Of a DNA stretch of 64,000 nt, positions 43,024 through 52,947 are shown one piece after another. Source of the stretch: Alphaproteobacteria bacterium (lineage in GTDB: Bacteria > Pseudomonadota > Alphaproteobacteria > UBA11136). The stretch's first letter is position 1, and the number at the start of each line of letters is the position of its first letter. The DNA lies in assembly GCA_030739855.1 (NCBI GenBank), contig JASLYJ010000001.1, forward strand, positions 6,998-70,997, read 5' to 3'. Under the pieces are notes generated by a model. That model saw only the letters and a list, made by a program, of their open reading frames with translations, had not been told where the DNA came from and made no database searches. A program made the position numbers and the translations under genes.

Positions 43024-43551
43024 ATGGAAAGAGAGAGCAGAAGAAGCGGTTTTGTGTCAGGCCGGTGGTGTGGCATGGCTACCTTGGTGGTTTTCTTCCC
43101 CGCCGCCTGCACCAATCCGGACGTCCTCCAAACGATTACGCCCACGGACCCTGTCCTTCAAGACGAAGCCTTGGCAGCACCAGAAGAGGGCCCGTCCCCA
43201 CCGCCGCAAAAGCCGCTCGACAAGCGGGTAGTGGAGCTTCTCGATCGCGGGCCAGACCTTTTGATCGGCGTTGGCCGCAATCAGCTTACCGCCTATCTGG
43301 GTACACCCGCCTTGGTCCGCCATGACGCTCCGGCCGAGATATGGACTTACCAGAGCCAGATATGCCATCTCGATCTTTTTCTTTACAGTTCTGAACAATG
43401 GCGGCACGATCTGCGGGAGCGGGAACGCCGGCAAGAGACAGATTCAGATTATCGCGTCACCTATTACGAGGTTCGCAGCTCAAACGGAAAGGTGGCTCCT
43501 AGTGGGCGCTCTTGCGTCTCCACTCTCATTACCGCTCGTGAGTCGGTCTGA
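43024..43551 (+). CDS. hypothetical secreted protein/lipoprotein
   Basis: 175-aa ORF. N-terminal hydrophobic segment ending in ...VVFFPAAC, a weak lipobox. I recognise no conserved domain. Confidence 0.45.
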   Translation: MERESRRSGFVSGRWCGMATLVVFFPAACTNPDVLQTITPTDPVLQDEALAAPEEGPSPPPQKPLDKRVVELLDRGPDLLIGVGRNQLTAYLGTPALVRHDAPAEIWTYQSQICHLDLFLYSSEQWRHDLRERERRQETDSDYRVTYYEVRSSNGKVAPSGRSCVSTLITARESV

Positions 43552-43569
43552 TTCCAGCCGTTTTCTTTA

Positions 43570-44214
43570 TTATAAGATCTTTTCACGGTAGCCGCAGATG
43601 TCACGGATAATGCAGTCTTCACAGTCGGGTTTGCGCGCCTTGCATACGTAGCGGCCATGCAGAATAAGCCAGTGATGGGCATGACGTCGCGCCAGTTCTG
43701 GCACTGCCTTTTCCAGCCCCTTTTCCACCACCAGCGGCGTTTTCCCCGGGGCCATACCGGTTCTGTTGCAGACCCGAAACAGGTGTGTGTCCACAGCCAT
43801 GGTAGGCTGGCCGAAGGCGGTGTTGAGCACCACATTAGCGGTTTTGCGGCCGACCCCGGCCAGCGCCTCCAGTTCTTCGCGGTTTTGTGGCACCTCGCCC
43901 GAATGGTGCACAATCAGGGCTTCGCTTAGTTTGATGATGTTCTTGCCCTTGGTGTTATAGAGCCCGATGGTGCGGATGTGGCGTTTCAGCCCCGCTTCGC
44001 CCAGTTTCAGCATCTTTTGTGGGGTGTCGGCCACGGCGAACAGAGCTGGTGTCTCTTTATTGACGCTTTTGTCGGTGGCCTGAGCGGAAAGCACCACCGC
44101 CACCAGAAGCGTATAGGGATTTGTGTAGAACAGTTCCCCCTTTGGCTCGGGAGTGTTGGCGGCGAAGCGCCGAAACATTTCTTCGATAGCCGTCTTTTTC
44201 ATCACCGCAGGCAC
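43570..44214 (-). CDS. nth: endonuclease III
   Basis: HhH-GPD motif (LEALAGVGRKTANVVL), catalytic Lys/Asp and C-terminal 4Fe-4S cysteines (CKARKPDCEDCIIRDIC). Confidence 0.9.
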   Translation of the reverse strand: MPAVMKKTAIEEMFRRFAANTPEPKGELFYTNPYTLLVAVVLSAQATDKSVNKETPALFAVADTPQKMLKLGEAGLKRHIRTIGLYNTKGKNIIKLSEALIVHHSGEVPQNREELEALAGVGRKTANVVLNTAFGQPTMAVDTHLFRVCNRTGMAPGKTPLVVEKGLEKAVPELARRHAHHWLILHGRYVCKARKPDCEDCIIRDICGYREKIL

Positions 44215-44238
44215 AATTTTTGATTGTCGGAACGTGCC

Positions 44239-44790
44239 CTAGGGCGCTTCCAGGGCTGATGCCTCACTTACGGTTGCGTCCCTCGGCGAGGTGCCTTCCT
44301 CAAGGGGCAGTTTGCCTTCAAGCTGGTTTAGAAGTTCCGCAAAGGTAAGGAAATTCTTCCTGGCTTTCTCCCACATGTCCAGGGCCATCGCCGATGTTCC
44401 CTTATCATAGCCGGACTCCTCCAGCAGATTCTGGCTTTCATAGAGGTAAGAGGCTGAGATCATGAAGTAATCGTGCACCGACTTCAGGTCTTCACTATTC
44501 CCTGGCAGGCGCATTTTTTCCAGGCTCCGAAGGCTGCCGATACGTTCCACGTAGCCCTTCATGGTTTCTTCCGCTGCAATATAATCGTCGCTATCAAGCA
44601 CAGCCTGCTCTTTGTGAAAAGCGCTGATCATGCGGCCGTAGAGCACCAGCGCCTCAGCCAGCGCCTCGTGGCGGTCGCTTATGGACTGGGCGTATTTGGT
44701 AGCGTCCTCCTCTTTAGAACCGCACCCCGCCGCCAGAACTACGGCGAGGATAACAAGCAGGGGACGGAAACCAGAGAGAAAACGGGGCAT
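44239..44790 (-). CDS. hypothetical lipoprotein
   Basis: Lipoprotein signal (MPRFLSGFRPLLVILAVVLAAGC). ORF extends to 44892; the ATG at 44790 fits the signal peptide. Confidence 0.5.
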   Translation of the reverse strand: MPRFLSGFRPLLVILAVVLAAGCGSKEEDATKYAQSISDRHEALAEALVLYGRMISAFHKEQAVLDSDDYIAAEETMKGYVERIGSLRSLEKMRLPGNSEDLKSVHDYFMISASYLYESQNLLEESGYDKGTSAMALDMWEKARKNFLTFAELLNQLEGKLPLEEGTSPRDATVSEASALEAP

Positions 44791-44944
44791 GGATTCTCCT
44801 AGTAAAAAAGAACCAAAGGGTGTGGGCGATCGACAAGCTAAGCCGGAGACACCATAGGTTTGCCGGGCCAGATCCTGCAACCCAAAACGCACACATCTTC
44901 CTATGAATCGTTGTTCATCCTCGAGTCGCGTGCGCGGATACGGA

Positions 44945-45784
44945 TCAGTCTCCCAGCCCGAGAACGTCTTTCATGCCGTAGAGGCCGGGGTCGCGACCCA
45001 GAGCCCAGAGGGCGGCGGAGAGCGCGCCCCTGGCGTAGATCCGGCGGTCACCGGCGCGATGGGTCAACTCCACCCGTTCCCCCTCGTCGGCGAAAATCAC
45101 CGAATGGTCGCCCACCACGTCACCTCCACGTAGGACAGCAAAACCAATATCACCGTCGTGCCGTGCCCCGGTCTGTCCGTCGCGTGAGATCACGGATACG
45201 GTGTCAAGATCAACCCCGCGTCCCGCCGCCGCCGCTCGGCCCAGTTCCAGTGCCGTTCCTGAAGGTGCATCTGCTTTGTCACGGTGGTGAAACTCGAGGA
45301 TTTCGACATCGAAGTCATCGCCCAGAATCCCGGCCACGCGCTGCGTCAGTGCGAATAACAGGTTAATACCGAGGCTCATGTTGGGGGCCTTGACGATGGG
45401 TGTTTTTTCGGCCGCACGGGTCAGCACTGCCTCGTCTTTGGCGGAAAATCCAGTGGTGCCGATCACGTGCACGGTGCCGGTCTCCGCTGCTACCGCCGCA
45501 TGGGCAAGGGTCGCCTCCGGCGTAGTGAAATCGATCACCGCCTGGGACGACCCAAAGAGACACGTTACATCCTCGGAGACGGTAATTCCCAAGGGGTCGA
45601 GACCAACAATCTCGCCGGTATCGCCGCCGATACAGTCGTGCTCCGGCGCCTCGCTTGCCGCCGCAAGCCGCACCCCAGACGTGGTGCAAATTTCCCGTAC
45701 TAGCATGCGGCCCATACGCCCGGAAACACCGGCAACACCGATAGCTACCTCAGTCACGTTTCTTTCCTCCATCACGGGACTCAT
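44945..45784 (-). CDS. dapB: 4-hydroxy-tetrahydrodipicolinate reductase
   Basis: NAD(P)-binding GxxGxxG (GVAGVSGRMGRML) and the DapB C-terminal domain (EILEFHHRDKADAPSGTA). Confidence 0.9.
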   Translation of the reverse strand: MSPVMEERNVTEVAIGVAGVSGRMGRMLVREICTTSGVRLAAASEAPEHDCIGGDTGEIVGLDPLGITVSEDVTCLFGSSQAVIDFTTPEATLAHAAVAAETGTVHVIGTTGFSAKDEAVLTRAAEKTPIVKAPNMSLGINLLFALTQRVAGILGDDFDVEILEFHHRDKADAPSGTALELGRAAAAGRGVDLDTVSVISRDGQTGARHDGDIGFAVLRGGDVVGDHSVIFADEGERVELTHRAGDRRIYARGALSAALWALGRDPGLYGMKDVLGLGD

Positions 45785-45800
45785 GGAACGGGCTCTCTCC

Positions 45801-45852
45801 TAAAAAACAGAGGCCCGCGTGGCTCGCAGTTTACCTACGTCAGCAGGCGGGC
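45801..45852 (-). terminator. putative terminator or attenuator after dnaJ (stem GGCCCGC/GCGGGCC followed by a T-run)
   Basis: Minus strand reads GGCCCGC-29 nt-GCGGGCC-TCTGTTTTTT, ending 17 nt before the dapB start codon. Confidence 0.35.
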
Positions 45853-45940
45853 ACAAACCTTAAGCCGCCGCGCAACATAAAGCCGTGGTGACAGAAAACC
45901 GCAAACAACCAAGAAATAAAGATGAAATTAGAAGAGGGAG

Positions 45941-47083
45941 TCAGTCCTTGAGGTCTTCCCATAATTCCTTGACGTGGGTGAAGAATCCTTCTGATTCCGG
46001 GCTGGTTTTTTCGGGGCTACCGGACTTGTTGAATTCCCTAAGAAGTTCCTTTTGCTTCTTGGTGAGATTCATGGGTGTCTCGACGATGGCTTGGACAAAC
46101 ATGTCGCCATGCATCTTGCTGTTGAGCGTCGGCATCCCTTTGCCCTTCATGCGGAATTGGTGGCCCGACTGTGTGCCTGAAGGGATTGTGACACGCACTC
46201 GGCCGCCGTCCACGGTAGGCACCTCGATGGTGCCGCCAAGAGACGATGTCACCATGGGAATAGGAACGCGACAATGGACTTCCGTGCCATCCCTCTGGAA
46301 AATGCGGTGGGGCTTAACCGAGAGGAAAAGATAAAGATCCCCTGCCGGAGCCCCGTTCATGCCCGCCTCGCCTTCCCCGCTGAGCCGAATGCGGGTGCCG
46401 TCCTCTACACCCTTAGGAATGTTAACCGAAAGGGTCTTTTCTTTGGCCACCCGGCCGTCACCGCTGCAATCCTTGCAGGGTTTGTCAATCTTGTGGCCGC
46501 GGCCACGGCAGGAAACACAAGTACGTTCCACGGTGAAGAAGCCCTGCTGAGCGCGCACCTTGCCATGGCCATGGCAGGTAGGACAAGCCACCGGCTGCGC
46601 CCCACTTTCACCGCCGCTGCCGTGGCAAGTGTCACAGGTCACGGATGTGGGCACACGGATGGTGGTCTGTTTGCCTTTGAAGGCCTCAACAAGCGAAATT
46701 TCCATGTTGTAGCGCAAGTCGCTGCCCCGCGCCGCTGCTCCGCGTTGCCTCCCGCCACCCCCTGCAAAATCGCCGAACATTTCATCGAAAATGTCGGCAA
46801 AGCCGCCAGAGAAATCGAACCCTCCGGGATGCGCACCGGGACCGCCGGGACCGCCAGCCTCAAAGGCGGCGTGGCCGAAACGATCGTAGGCCGCACGTTT
46901 GTCCTCATCACTAAGAACCTCGTAAGCCTCGCTAATGTTTTTAAACTTTTGTTCGGTGTCTTTGTCGCCAGGATTTTGGTCGGGGTGGTATTTCATAGCC
47001 AGCTTACGGTACGACTTCTTGACGTCGCCTGCACCTGCGTCTCGGCCAACGCCGAGTATGTCATAATAATCCTGTTTGGCCAT
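45941..47083 (-). CDS. dnaJ: molecular chaperone DnaJ
   Basis: J domain (HPD: YHPDQNPGD), Gly/Phe-rich linker, four CxxCxGxG zinc-finger repeats and a C-terminal domain. Confidence 0.95.
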   Translation of the reverse strand: MAKQDYYDILGVGRDAGAGDVKKSYRKLAMKYHPDQNPGDKDTEQKFKNISEAYEVLSDEDKRAAYDRFGHAAFEAGGPGGPGAHPGGFDFSGGFADIFDEMFGDFAGGGGRQRGAAARGSDLRYNMEISLVEAFKGKQTTIRVPTSVTCDTCHGSGGESGAQPVACPTCHGHGKVRAQQGFFTVERTCVSCRGRGHKIDKPCKDCSGDGRVAKEKTLSVNIPKGVEDGTRIRLSGEGEAGMNGAPAGDLYLFLSVKPHRIFQRDGTEVHCRVPIPMVTSSLGGTIEVPTVDGGRVRVTIPSGTQSGHQFRMKGKGMPTLNSKMHGDMFVQAIVETPMNLTKKQKELLREFNKSGSPEKTSPESEGFFTHVKELWEDLKD

Positions 47084-47204
47084 GACCTAACCGGTGTTAC
47101 CGCCTGCCTCTTGAAATTTCGCCGCAACCCCCAAAAACCGGAGGCCGCGGCGAAATATTTCCCCTGACGCACTCATAACAAAAACCCTGACGTAATCGCT
47201 TGAC

Positions 47205-49208
47205 TTAAGCAGACTTCTTTTTATCGCTGTCTCCGGCGTCACCATTTTCGGTGTCAGAATCGTTACTTTCGGCGGCAGGTTCTTTATCACCGTCGCTAAC
47301 TTCCTCGAATTCGGCATCCACCACCGTAGCGTCTTCCCCGGTGCCGGAATCGCTTTTGTCACCTTCCTGCGACGCCCCGTCTGCCGTCGCAGCAGCTTCG
47401 GCCTGGCTTGCTTTGTACATGGCCTCGCCCAGCTTCATAGCCGACTGTGACAGGGCCTCCACTTTTTCATTTATGGCGGTGGCATCCTCACCTTCCTTAA
47501 CTTCGCGCAGAGCTTCCATATCGGTCTTAATGACCTCACGTTCATCCTCAGAAATCTGGTCGCCAAATTCCTTGAGATTTTTTTCGGTTATATGGAGGAG
47601 GGACTCCGCTTGGTTGCGGGCTTCCACTTTCTCACGCAACTTCTTATCCTCACTGGCGTGTTCCTCAGCCTCTTGGACCATTTTCTCTATGTTTTCATCG
47701 GTGAGTCCACCAGAGGCCTGGATGCGGATTTGTTGCTCCTTACCAGTGGCTTTGTCTTTGGCTGAAACATTGACGATACCGTTGGCGTCGATATCGAAGG
47801 TAACTTCAATCTGCGGCACGCCGCGCGGCGCTGTGGGCAAGCCCACAAGGTCGAATTGCCCCAGCATCTTGTTGTCGGCAGCCATTTCACGTTCCCCTTG
47901 GAAAACGCGGATGGTCACCGCCGTTTGGTTATCCTCGGCGGTGGAGAAAACCTGGCTCTTGCGTGTGGGGATGGTGGTGTTGCGTTCGATGAGGCGGGTG
48001 AATACGCCGCCTAGGGTTTCGATGCCGAGAGAAAGTGGCGTCACATCGAGAAGCAGCACATCCTTCACATCACCCTGAAGGACGCCGGCCTGGATGGCCG
48101 CGCCCATGGCCACCACCTCGTCTGGATTGACGCCGCGATGGGGGTCGCGTCCGAAAAAAGTTTTCACGGTTTCGATGATCTTAGGCATGCGGGTCATGCC
48201 GCCTACAAGAATCACTTCGTTGATTTCACCGGCACTAACCCCAGCATCCTTCAGCGCCGATTTACAGGGTGCGATGGTCTGTTCCACAAGATCATCCACT
48301 AGGGTTTCGAACTTGGCACGGGTGAGTTTGATGTTGAGGTGCTTGGGCCCCGACTTGTCGGCGGTGATGAAGGGTAGGTTGACCTCGGTTTGCTTTGCGG
48401 TAGAGAGTTCTATCTTGGCCTTTTCCGCAGCTTCCTTTAGGCGCTGAAGAGCCAGTTTGTCCTTACGCAGGTCGATACCTTGTTCCTTCTTGAACTCGGC
48501 GGCTAGATAATCAATGACACGCTTGTCGAAATCCTCGCCACCGAGGAAAGTGTCACCGTTAGTGGACTTAACCTCGAACACGCCATCGCCGATTTCCAAG
48601 AGCGAGATATCGAAGGTGCCTCCGCCGAGATCAAACACGGCGATGAGGCCGCTTTTCTCTTTCTCAAGCCCGTAGGCGAGCGCCGCGGCGGTGGGTTCAT
48701 TGATGATACGCAGAACCTCCAGCCCCGCGATCTTTCCAGCATCCTTGGTGGCCTGACGCTGGGAATCATTGAAATAGGCCGGCACAGTGATGACCGCCTG
48801 CTCCACCGTCTCGCCGAGGTGGCTCTCGGCAGTTTCTTTCATTTTTTGCAAAATAAAAGCGCTAATCTGGCTCGGAGAGTAGGGTTTACCCTGGGCTTCG
48901 ATCCATGCATCGCCGTTTTCACCGCTAACGATAGAATAAGGAACCATGCCTTTGTCTTTTTCCACCATAGGATCATCGAAGCGGCGGCCGATCAGACGCT
49001 TGATGGCAAATAGTGTGTTTTCCGGGTTAGTCACACCCTGGCGCTTGGCGGGCTGGCCCACAAGGCGCTCTCCCTCGCCGGTGAAAGCCACCATGGAAGG
49101 TGTTGTGCGCGTGCCTTCTATATTTTCGATCACATTAGGATTCTTGCCGTCCATAATGGCAACACAAGAATTTGTGGTCCCTAGATCAATGCCGATTACC
49201 TTGCTCAT
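47205..49208 (-). CDS. dnaK: molecular chaperone DnaK (Hsp70)
   Basis: Hsp70 signatures ([29 protein letters not shown]). 667 aa with an extended acidic C-terminal tail. Confidence 0.97.
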   Translation of the reverse strand: MSKVIGIDLGTTNSCVAIMDGKNPNVIENIEGTRTTPSMVAFTGEGERLVGQPAKRQGVTNPENTLFAIKRLIGRRFDDPMVEKDKGMVPYSIVSGENGDAWIEAQGKPYSPSQISAFILQKMKETAESHLGETVEQAVITVPAYFNDSQRQATKDAGKIAGLEVLRIINEPTAAALAYGLEKEKSGLIAVFDLGGGTFDISLLEIGDGVFEVKSTNGDTFLGGEDFDKRVIDYLAAEFKKEQGIDLRKDKLALQRLKEAAEKAKIELSTAKQTEVNLPFITADKSGPKHLNIKLTRAKFETLVDDLVEQTIAPCKSALKDAGVSAGEINEVILVGGMTRMPKIIETVKTFFGRDPHRGVNPDEVVAMGAAIQAGVLQGDVKDVLLLDVTPLSLGIETLGGVFTRLIERNTTIPTRKSQVFSTAEDNQTAVTIRVFQGEREMAADNKMLGQFDLVGLPTAPRGVPQIEVTFDIDANGIVNVSAKDKATGKEQQIRIQASGGLTDENIEKMVQEAEEHASEDKKLREKVEARNQAESLLHITEKNLKEFGDQISEDEREVIKTDMEALREVKEGEDATAINEKVEALSQSAMKLGEAMYKASQAEAAATADGASQEGDKSDSGTGEDATVVDAEFEEVSDGDKEPAAESNDSDTENGDAGDSDKKKSA

Positions 49209-49383
49209 ATTTGTCCTCTTAACAGCAAACAGGCCCCGAGCTTTGCTGACAAAAAATGCCGGGGGGGGAACTCTTCGGTTGCAGTGACGCTCAATTGAAT
49301 TGGAAGATTATATAAGCAACGGGAGACACCCCCGCAAGAGCACCGGAAGGATTAAAAATCCCCAGATTTTTACTCTATATTCG

Positions 49384-50088
49384 TCAGATTGTAGTATCCA
49401 CGCTTTCTTCGTTGAGCTTGCCTTTGGCCACACCCACCATGGCCGGGCGCAGCAACCGATCATGTAGCAGATAGCCCGGCTGCACTACCTCCACCACGGT
49501 GCCGGGTGGACAGTCTGTGTTTTCCACTTCGTACATGGCCTGGTGAAACTCGGGATCGAATTTCTCGTCTAAGGGTTCGATCTTGCGGATATCGTGGTTG
49601 TCGAAGGCTGAGAGAATCTCACGTTCGATGGCTTCCACCCCAGCAGCGAAAGCTTCCAGCGTCTCGTCTTGCTTGCGAACTTCGGGGCTGATGCTGTCCA
49701 GGGCACGCTGTAGATTGTCGGCGGCGTTGAGAAGATCACGGGCGAAGGCAGTGGCAGCATATTTGGCCTTTTCTTCCAGTTCGCGGGCAAAGCGGCGACG
49801 CAGGTTTTCCATATCGGCCCGGGCGCGAAGAAGTTTGTCCTCAAGCTCGGCAATCTGAGTTTCGGGGTCCTTATCCTCCTCGCCAGATTCTTTTGCTCCG
49901 GTTTCGTCGGTCGCGGTGGCTTTTTCCACTAGATCTCCATCCTCACCAGATTGCGGGGATGTTTCCGGAGTCTCGCCGGTGCCGGGAGCTGCTTTGTCCG
50001 CAGTGGTGGATTCTTTTTCAGAAGCCTTAGAAGGTGTTCTATCGTTTGTTTCTTCTGCCATCTTGCCTGGCTTGTTCCTTGGTGTCAT
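49384..50088 (-). CDS. grpE: nucleotide exchange factor GrpE
   Basis: GrpE coiled-coil and beta-sheet domain (LRARADMENLRRR...). N-terminal acidic low-complexity region. Confidence 0.9.
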   Translation of the reverse strand: MTPRNKPGKMAEETNDRTPSKASEKESTTADKAAPGTGETPETSPQSGEDGDLVEKATATDETGAKESGEEDKDPETQIAELEDKLLRARADMENLRRRFARELEEKAKYAATAFARDLLNAADNLQRALDSISPEVRKQDETLEAFAAGVEAIEREILSAFDNHDIRKIEPLDEKFDPEFHQAMYEVENTDCPPGTVVEVVQPGYLLHDRLLRPAMVGVAKGKLNEESVDTTI

Positions 50089-50106
50089 AGTTCTTCTCTC
50101 CGTTTC

Positions 50107-51171
50107 TCATCCCAACATGCGGCCCACGAGCTGTGCCGTATAATCCACCATGGGAATAATCCGCGCGTAATTGATCCGTGTCGGGCCGACAACGCCGATA
50201 GCACCAATAACCCGTTGTTTGTCATTACCGAAGGGTTTCACGATCATGGAACAGCCCGACAGACTGAACAAACTGTTCTCGGAGCCGATGAATATCTGCA
50301 CGCCTTCGGCGTTTTCGGCAGCCTGCAGTAGGCCAGTCAGGGTTTTGTTAGTTTCCAGCGCCTCAAGAAGGATGCGGATGTGTTCCAGGTCCTCAATGAC
50401 AGTGACGTCTTCCAGCAGCTTAGATTGACCGCGAACAATAAGGCGGGGTTCCCCCGCCTCCCCGCCCCAAGTGGCTACACCGGCCTCCACCACGTCGGCT
50501 GAGAGATCGTCGAGCTGGGTTTTGTGTTCCCGAATTTCCTCGAGAATTTCGTCGCGTACCTCGCTGAGCGTGCGTCCAGCAAGCCTGGCATTAAGATAAT
50601 TCCTAGCGTCGGTCAGGGTCGAGGGCATCATGCCCAAGGGAATGTCAATGATACGGTTTTCTACCAAGCCATTATCTGCCACCATGATAACAAGCGCTCT
50701 CGCCTCTCCCAGATGGACGAACTCTACATGTTTTAGCGCCCGTTCCGTTTTCGGTGCCAGAACCAAGCTTGCGCACCGGGACAGGCCCGAGAGCATTTCG
50801 GTGGTTTCTTCGAAAATCTCCATGGAGTTGCGATCCGAGGTGTGACAGCTACTTTCGATTCTGGCGCGGTCTTCCTGCGCCAGTGGTCCCAGTTCTAATA
50901 ATCCGTCCACAAAAAGACGCAACCCCGCTTCCGTAGGAAGCCGTCCGGAAGATGTGTGGGGAGCACAGAGCAAGCCAACATCCTGGAGATCGGCCATGAC
51001 GCTGCGAATGGAAGCCGGAGACAGGATACCTTCCATCTGTTTCGCCAGTGTCCGCGAACTCACCGGATCACCAGTGCTCACATAGTTGTCGACGATGAGA
51101 CGGAATATCTCACGGGAACGTTCATTAAGTTCACTTACCGGGGCGCATCCGCCTTCGCTGTTTTTTTTCAC
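50107..51171 (-). CDS. hrcA: heat-inducible transcriptional repressor HrcA
   Basis: 354-aa ORF with the winged-helix N-terminus (VSSRTLAKQMEGILSPASIRSVMADLQDVGLL) and HrcA C-terminal domain. Forms the hrcA-grpE operon. Confidence 0.9.
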   Translation of the reverse strand: MKKNSEGGCAPVSELNERSREIFRLIVDNYVSTGDPVSSRTLAKQMEGILSPASIRSVMADLQDVGLLCAPHTSSGRLPTEAGLRLFVDGLLELGPLAQEDRARIESSCHTSDRNSMEIFEETTEMLSGLSRCASLVLAPKTERALKHVEFVHLGEARALVIMVADNGLVENRIIDIPLGMMPSTLTDARNYLNARLAGRTLSEVRDEILEEIREHKTQLDDLSADVVEAGVATWGGEAGEPRLIVRGQSKLLEDVTVIEDLEHIRILLEALETNKTLTGLLQAAENAEGVQIFIGSENSLFSLSGCSMIVKPFGNDKQRVIGAIGVVGPTRINYARIIPMVDYTAQLVGRMLG

Positions 51172-51480
51172 TGCTATCCCTATTCGCTCGTCTTTTCGCT
51201 TGCCCGTCGACTTATCCGTTCACCTCACTAGGCGAAAAAGGAGGAAGAAAAACCATGATGTTAACCACTATGATAGGGTGTGGGGGCCGTTTACGAAATG
51301 GATATGTAATGAGTGAATACCAGGGCGTCAACGGCCTGTCCCGCCATTGTCTGTAAAGACGGGCCATAAAGAATGGGTTGTTTCCTTACGGTGGGCTGGA
51401 CGGCGCAGCGTCAGCACGCTAGCGTCCCTTTCTAGGCGTTTCCGGATGTCACGTCTATCCACTCCTATGAAGGAACTCTC

Positions 51481-52200
51481 ATGCGTCCCTCCGGCCGAGC
51501 ATCTGATAAAATGCGCCCCGTTTCCCTTGAAACCAGCGTCAGCAAATATGCAGAAGGCTCCTGCCTAACCTGTTTCGGCGACACCCATGTGCTATGCACC
51601 GCTAGTATCGAAGACACCGTACCGCCGTGGATGCGCAATTCTGGAAAAGGATGGGTGACAGCGGAATACGGCATGCTGCCACGATCTACCGACAGCCGCA
51701 CCGACCGCGAAGCGGTGCGCGGCAAACAAACCGGCCGCACCCAAGAAATCCAGCGCCTTATCGGCCGCAGCCTACGTGCTATTACTGACTTGAAGGCCAT
51801 GGGCGAGATTCAGGCGCGCGTGGACTGCGATGTTCTCCAAGCCGACGGCGGCACCCGCACTGCCGCCATCACCGGTTCCTACGTAGCACTTTATCAGGCC
51901 TTCGAGAAAGTGGCCCGCACCGGGCTGGTTAAGGACATTCCCCTAGCCGGAGAGGTGGCCGCAGTGTCTTGCGGTATCTTCGAGGAAAATTGTGTTCTCG
52001 ATCTCGACTATGCTGAGGACAGCGTCGCCCAAACTGACGCAAATTTCATCTTTACTGGTGACGGCAAGCTTATCGAGATTCAGTGCACAGCAGAAACGAA
52101 TCCCTTTTCCAGGGATGACCTCACCACCATGTTGGACCTAGCACAGAAGGGTGCTGGAGAGTTATTCCACCTGCAGCACCAGGCTCTAGGGCTCGACTAA
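51481..52200 (+). CDS. rph: ribonuclease PH
   Basis: 239-aa ORF with RNase PH motifs ([29 protein letters not shown]). Confidence 0.95.
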   Translation: MRPSGRASDKMRPVSLETSVSKYAEGSCLTCFGDTHVLCTASIEDTVPPWMRNSGKGWVTAEYGMLPRSTDSRTDREAVRGKQTGRTQEIQRLIGRSLRAITDLKAMGEIQARVDCDVLQADGGTRTAAITGSYVALYQAFEKVARTGLVKDIPLAGEVAAVSCGIFEENCVLDLDYAEDSVAQTDANFIFTGDGKLIEIQCTAETNPFSRDDLTTMLDLAQKGAGELFHLQHQALGLD

Positions 52201-52232
52201 GCCTGAGCGGCCCTGCCCCGACTGAGAAAGTC

Positions 52233-52859
52233 ATGACGCGGCGCTTTACTGAAAAACAGCTTATCATCGCTAGCCACAACTCGGGCAAGGTGCAAGAAAT
52301 CGCCTATCTGCTCTCTTCTTTCGGTGTGGAGGTGGCTTCGGCCGCCGAGTTTGGCCTTTCCGAGCCCGAGGAAACCGGGACCACCTTTGCCGAAAATGCG
52401 ATTCTTAAGGCCCGCACAGCAGCGCTAGCCTGCGGCCTACCCACTCTGGCTGATGATTCCGGTCTTTCCGTGGATGCACTGGACGGAAGACCTGGCATTC
52501 ATTCCGCTCGCTGGGCCGGGAAGGAACGCAATTTTGTCGCCGCCATGGAGCGTCTGGAACTGGAGATGAAGGAAACAGCTAACCGCCGAGCTCGGTTTGT
52601 CTGTGCTCTGGCGCTGGCCTGGCCCTGGAAAAAGAAAAAATGGCCGAAAACCGTTCCAGAAACAGAGGTTTTCGAGGGCATGGTAGAGGGCACCTTGGTG
52701 TTTCCGCCGCGTGGCGACAAGGGGTTCGGCTATGATCCGGTCTTCGTTCCCGACGGATATGACATCACTTTTGGTGAAATGGTGGCGGAGAAAAAACACA
52801 CTATTAGCCACCGCGCTGACGCCTTTACCAAGCTGGTAGCAGGATGTTTTAAAAACTAA
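52233..52859 (+). CDS. rdgB: dITP/XTP pyrophosphatase RdgB (Ham1 family)
   Basis: Ham1 motifs ([23 protein letters not shown]). Contains an unusual Lys/Trp-rich insertion at residues ~130-143. Confidence 0.85.
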   Translation: MTRRFTEKQLIIASHNSGKVQEIAYLLSSFGVEVASAAEFGLSEPEETGTTFAENAILKARTAALACGLPTLADDSGLSVDALDGRPGIHSARWAGKERNFVAAMERLELEMKETANRRARFVCALALAWPWKKKKWPKTVPETEVFEGMVEGTLVFPPRGDKGFGYDPVFVPDGYDITFGEMVAEKKHTISHRADAFTKLVAGCFKN

Positions 52860-52947
52860 AATGCTCCCACGTCCAGTTCGTTCTAGGCACAAAACAGAAA
52901 CCGCTGCCATAGAAGACCTTCATGGGACGGCTTCTGGAGTCGTTGCA

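Noticed and set aside
51172-51480. Expected CIRCE operator (TTAGCACTC-N9-GAGTGCTAA) upstream of hrcA
   Set aside because: I scanned both strands of the hrcA–rph divergent region and found no match better than about 5 of 9 per half-site. Alphaproteobacteria usually keep CIRCE only upstream of groESL.
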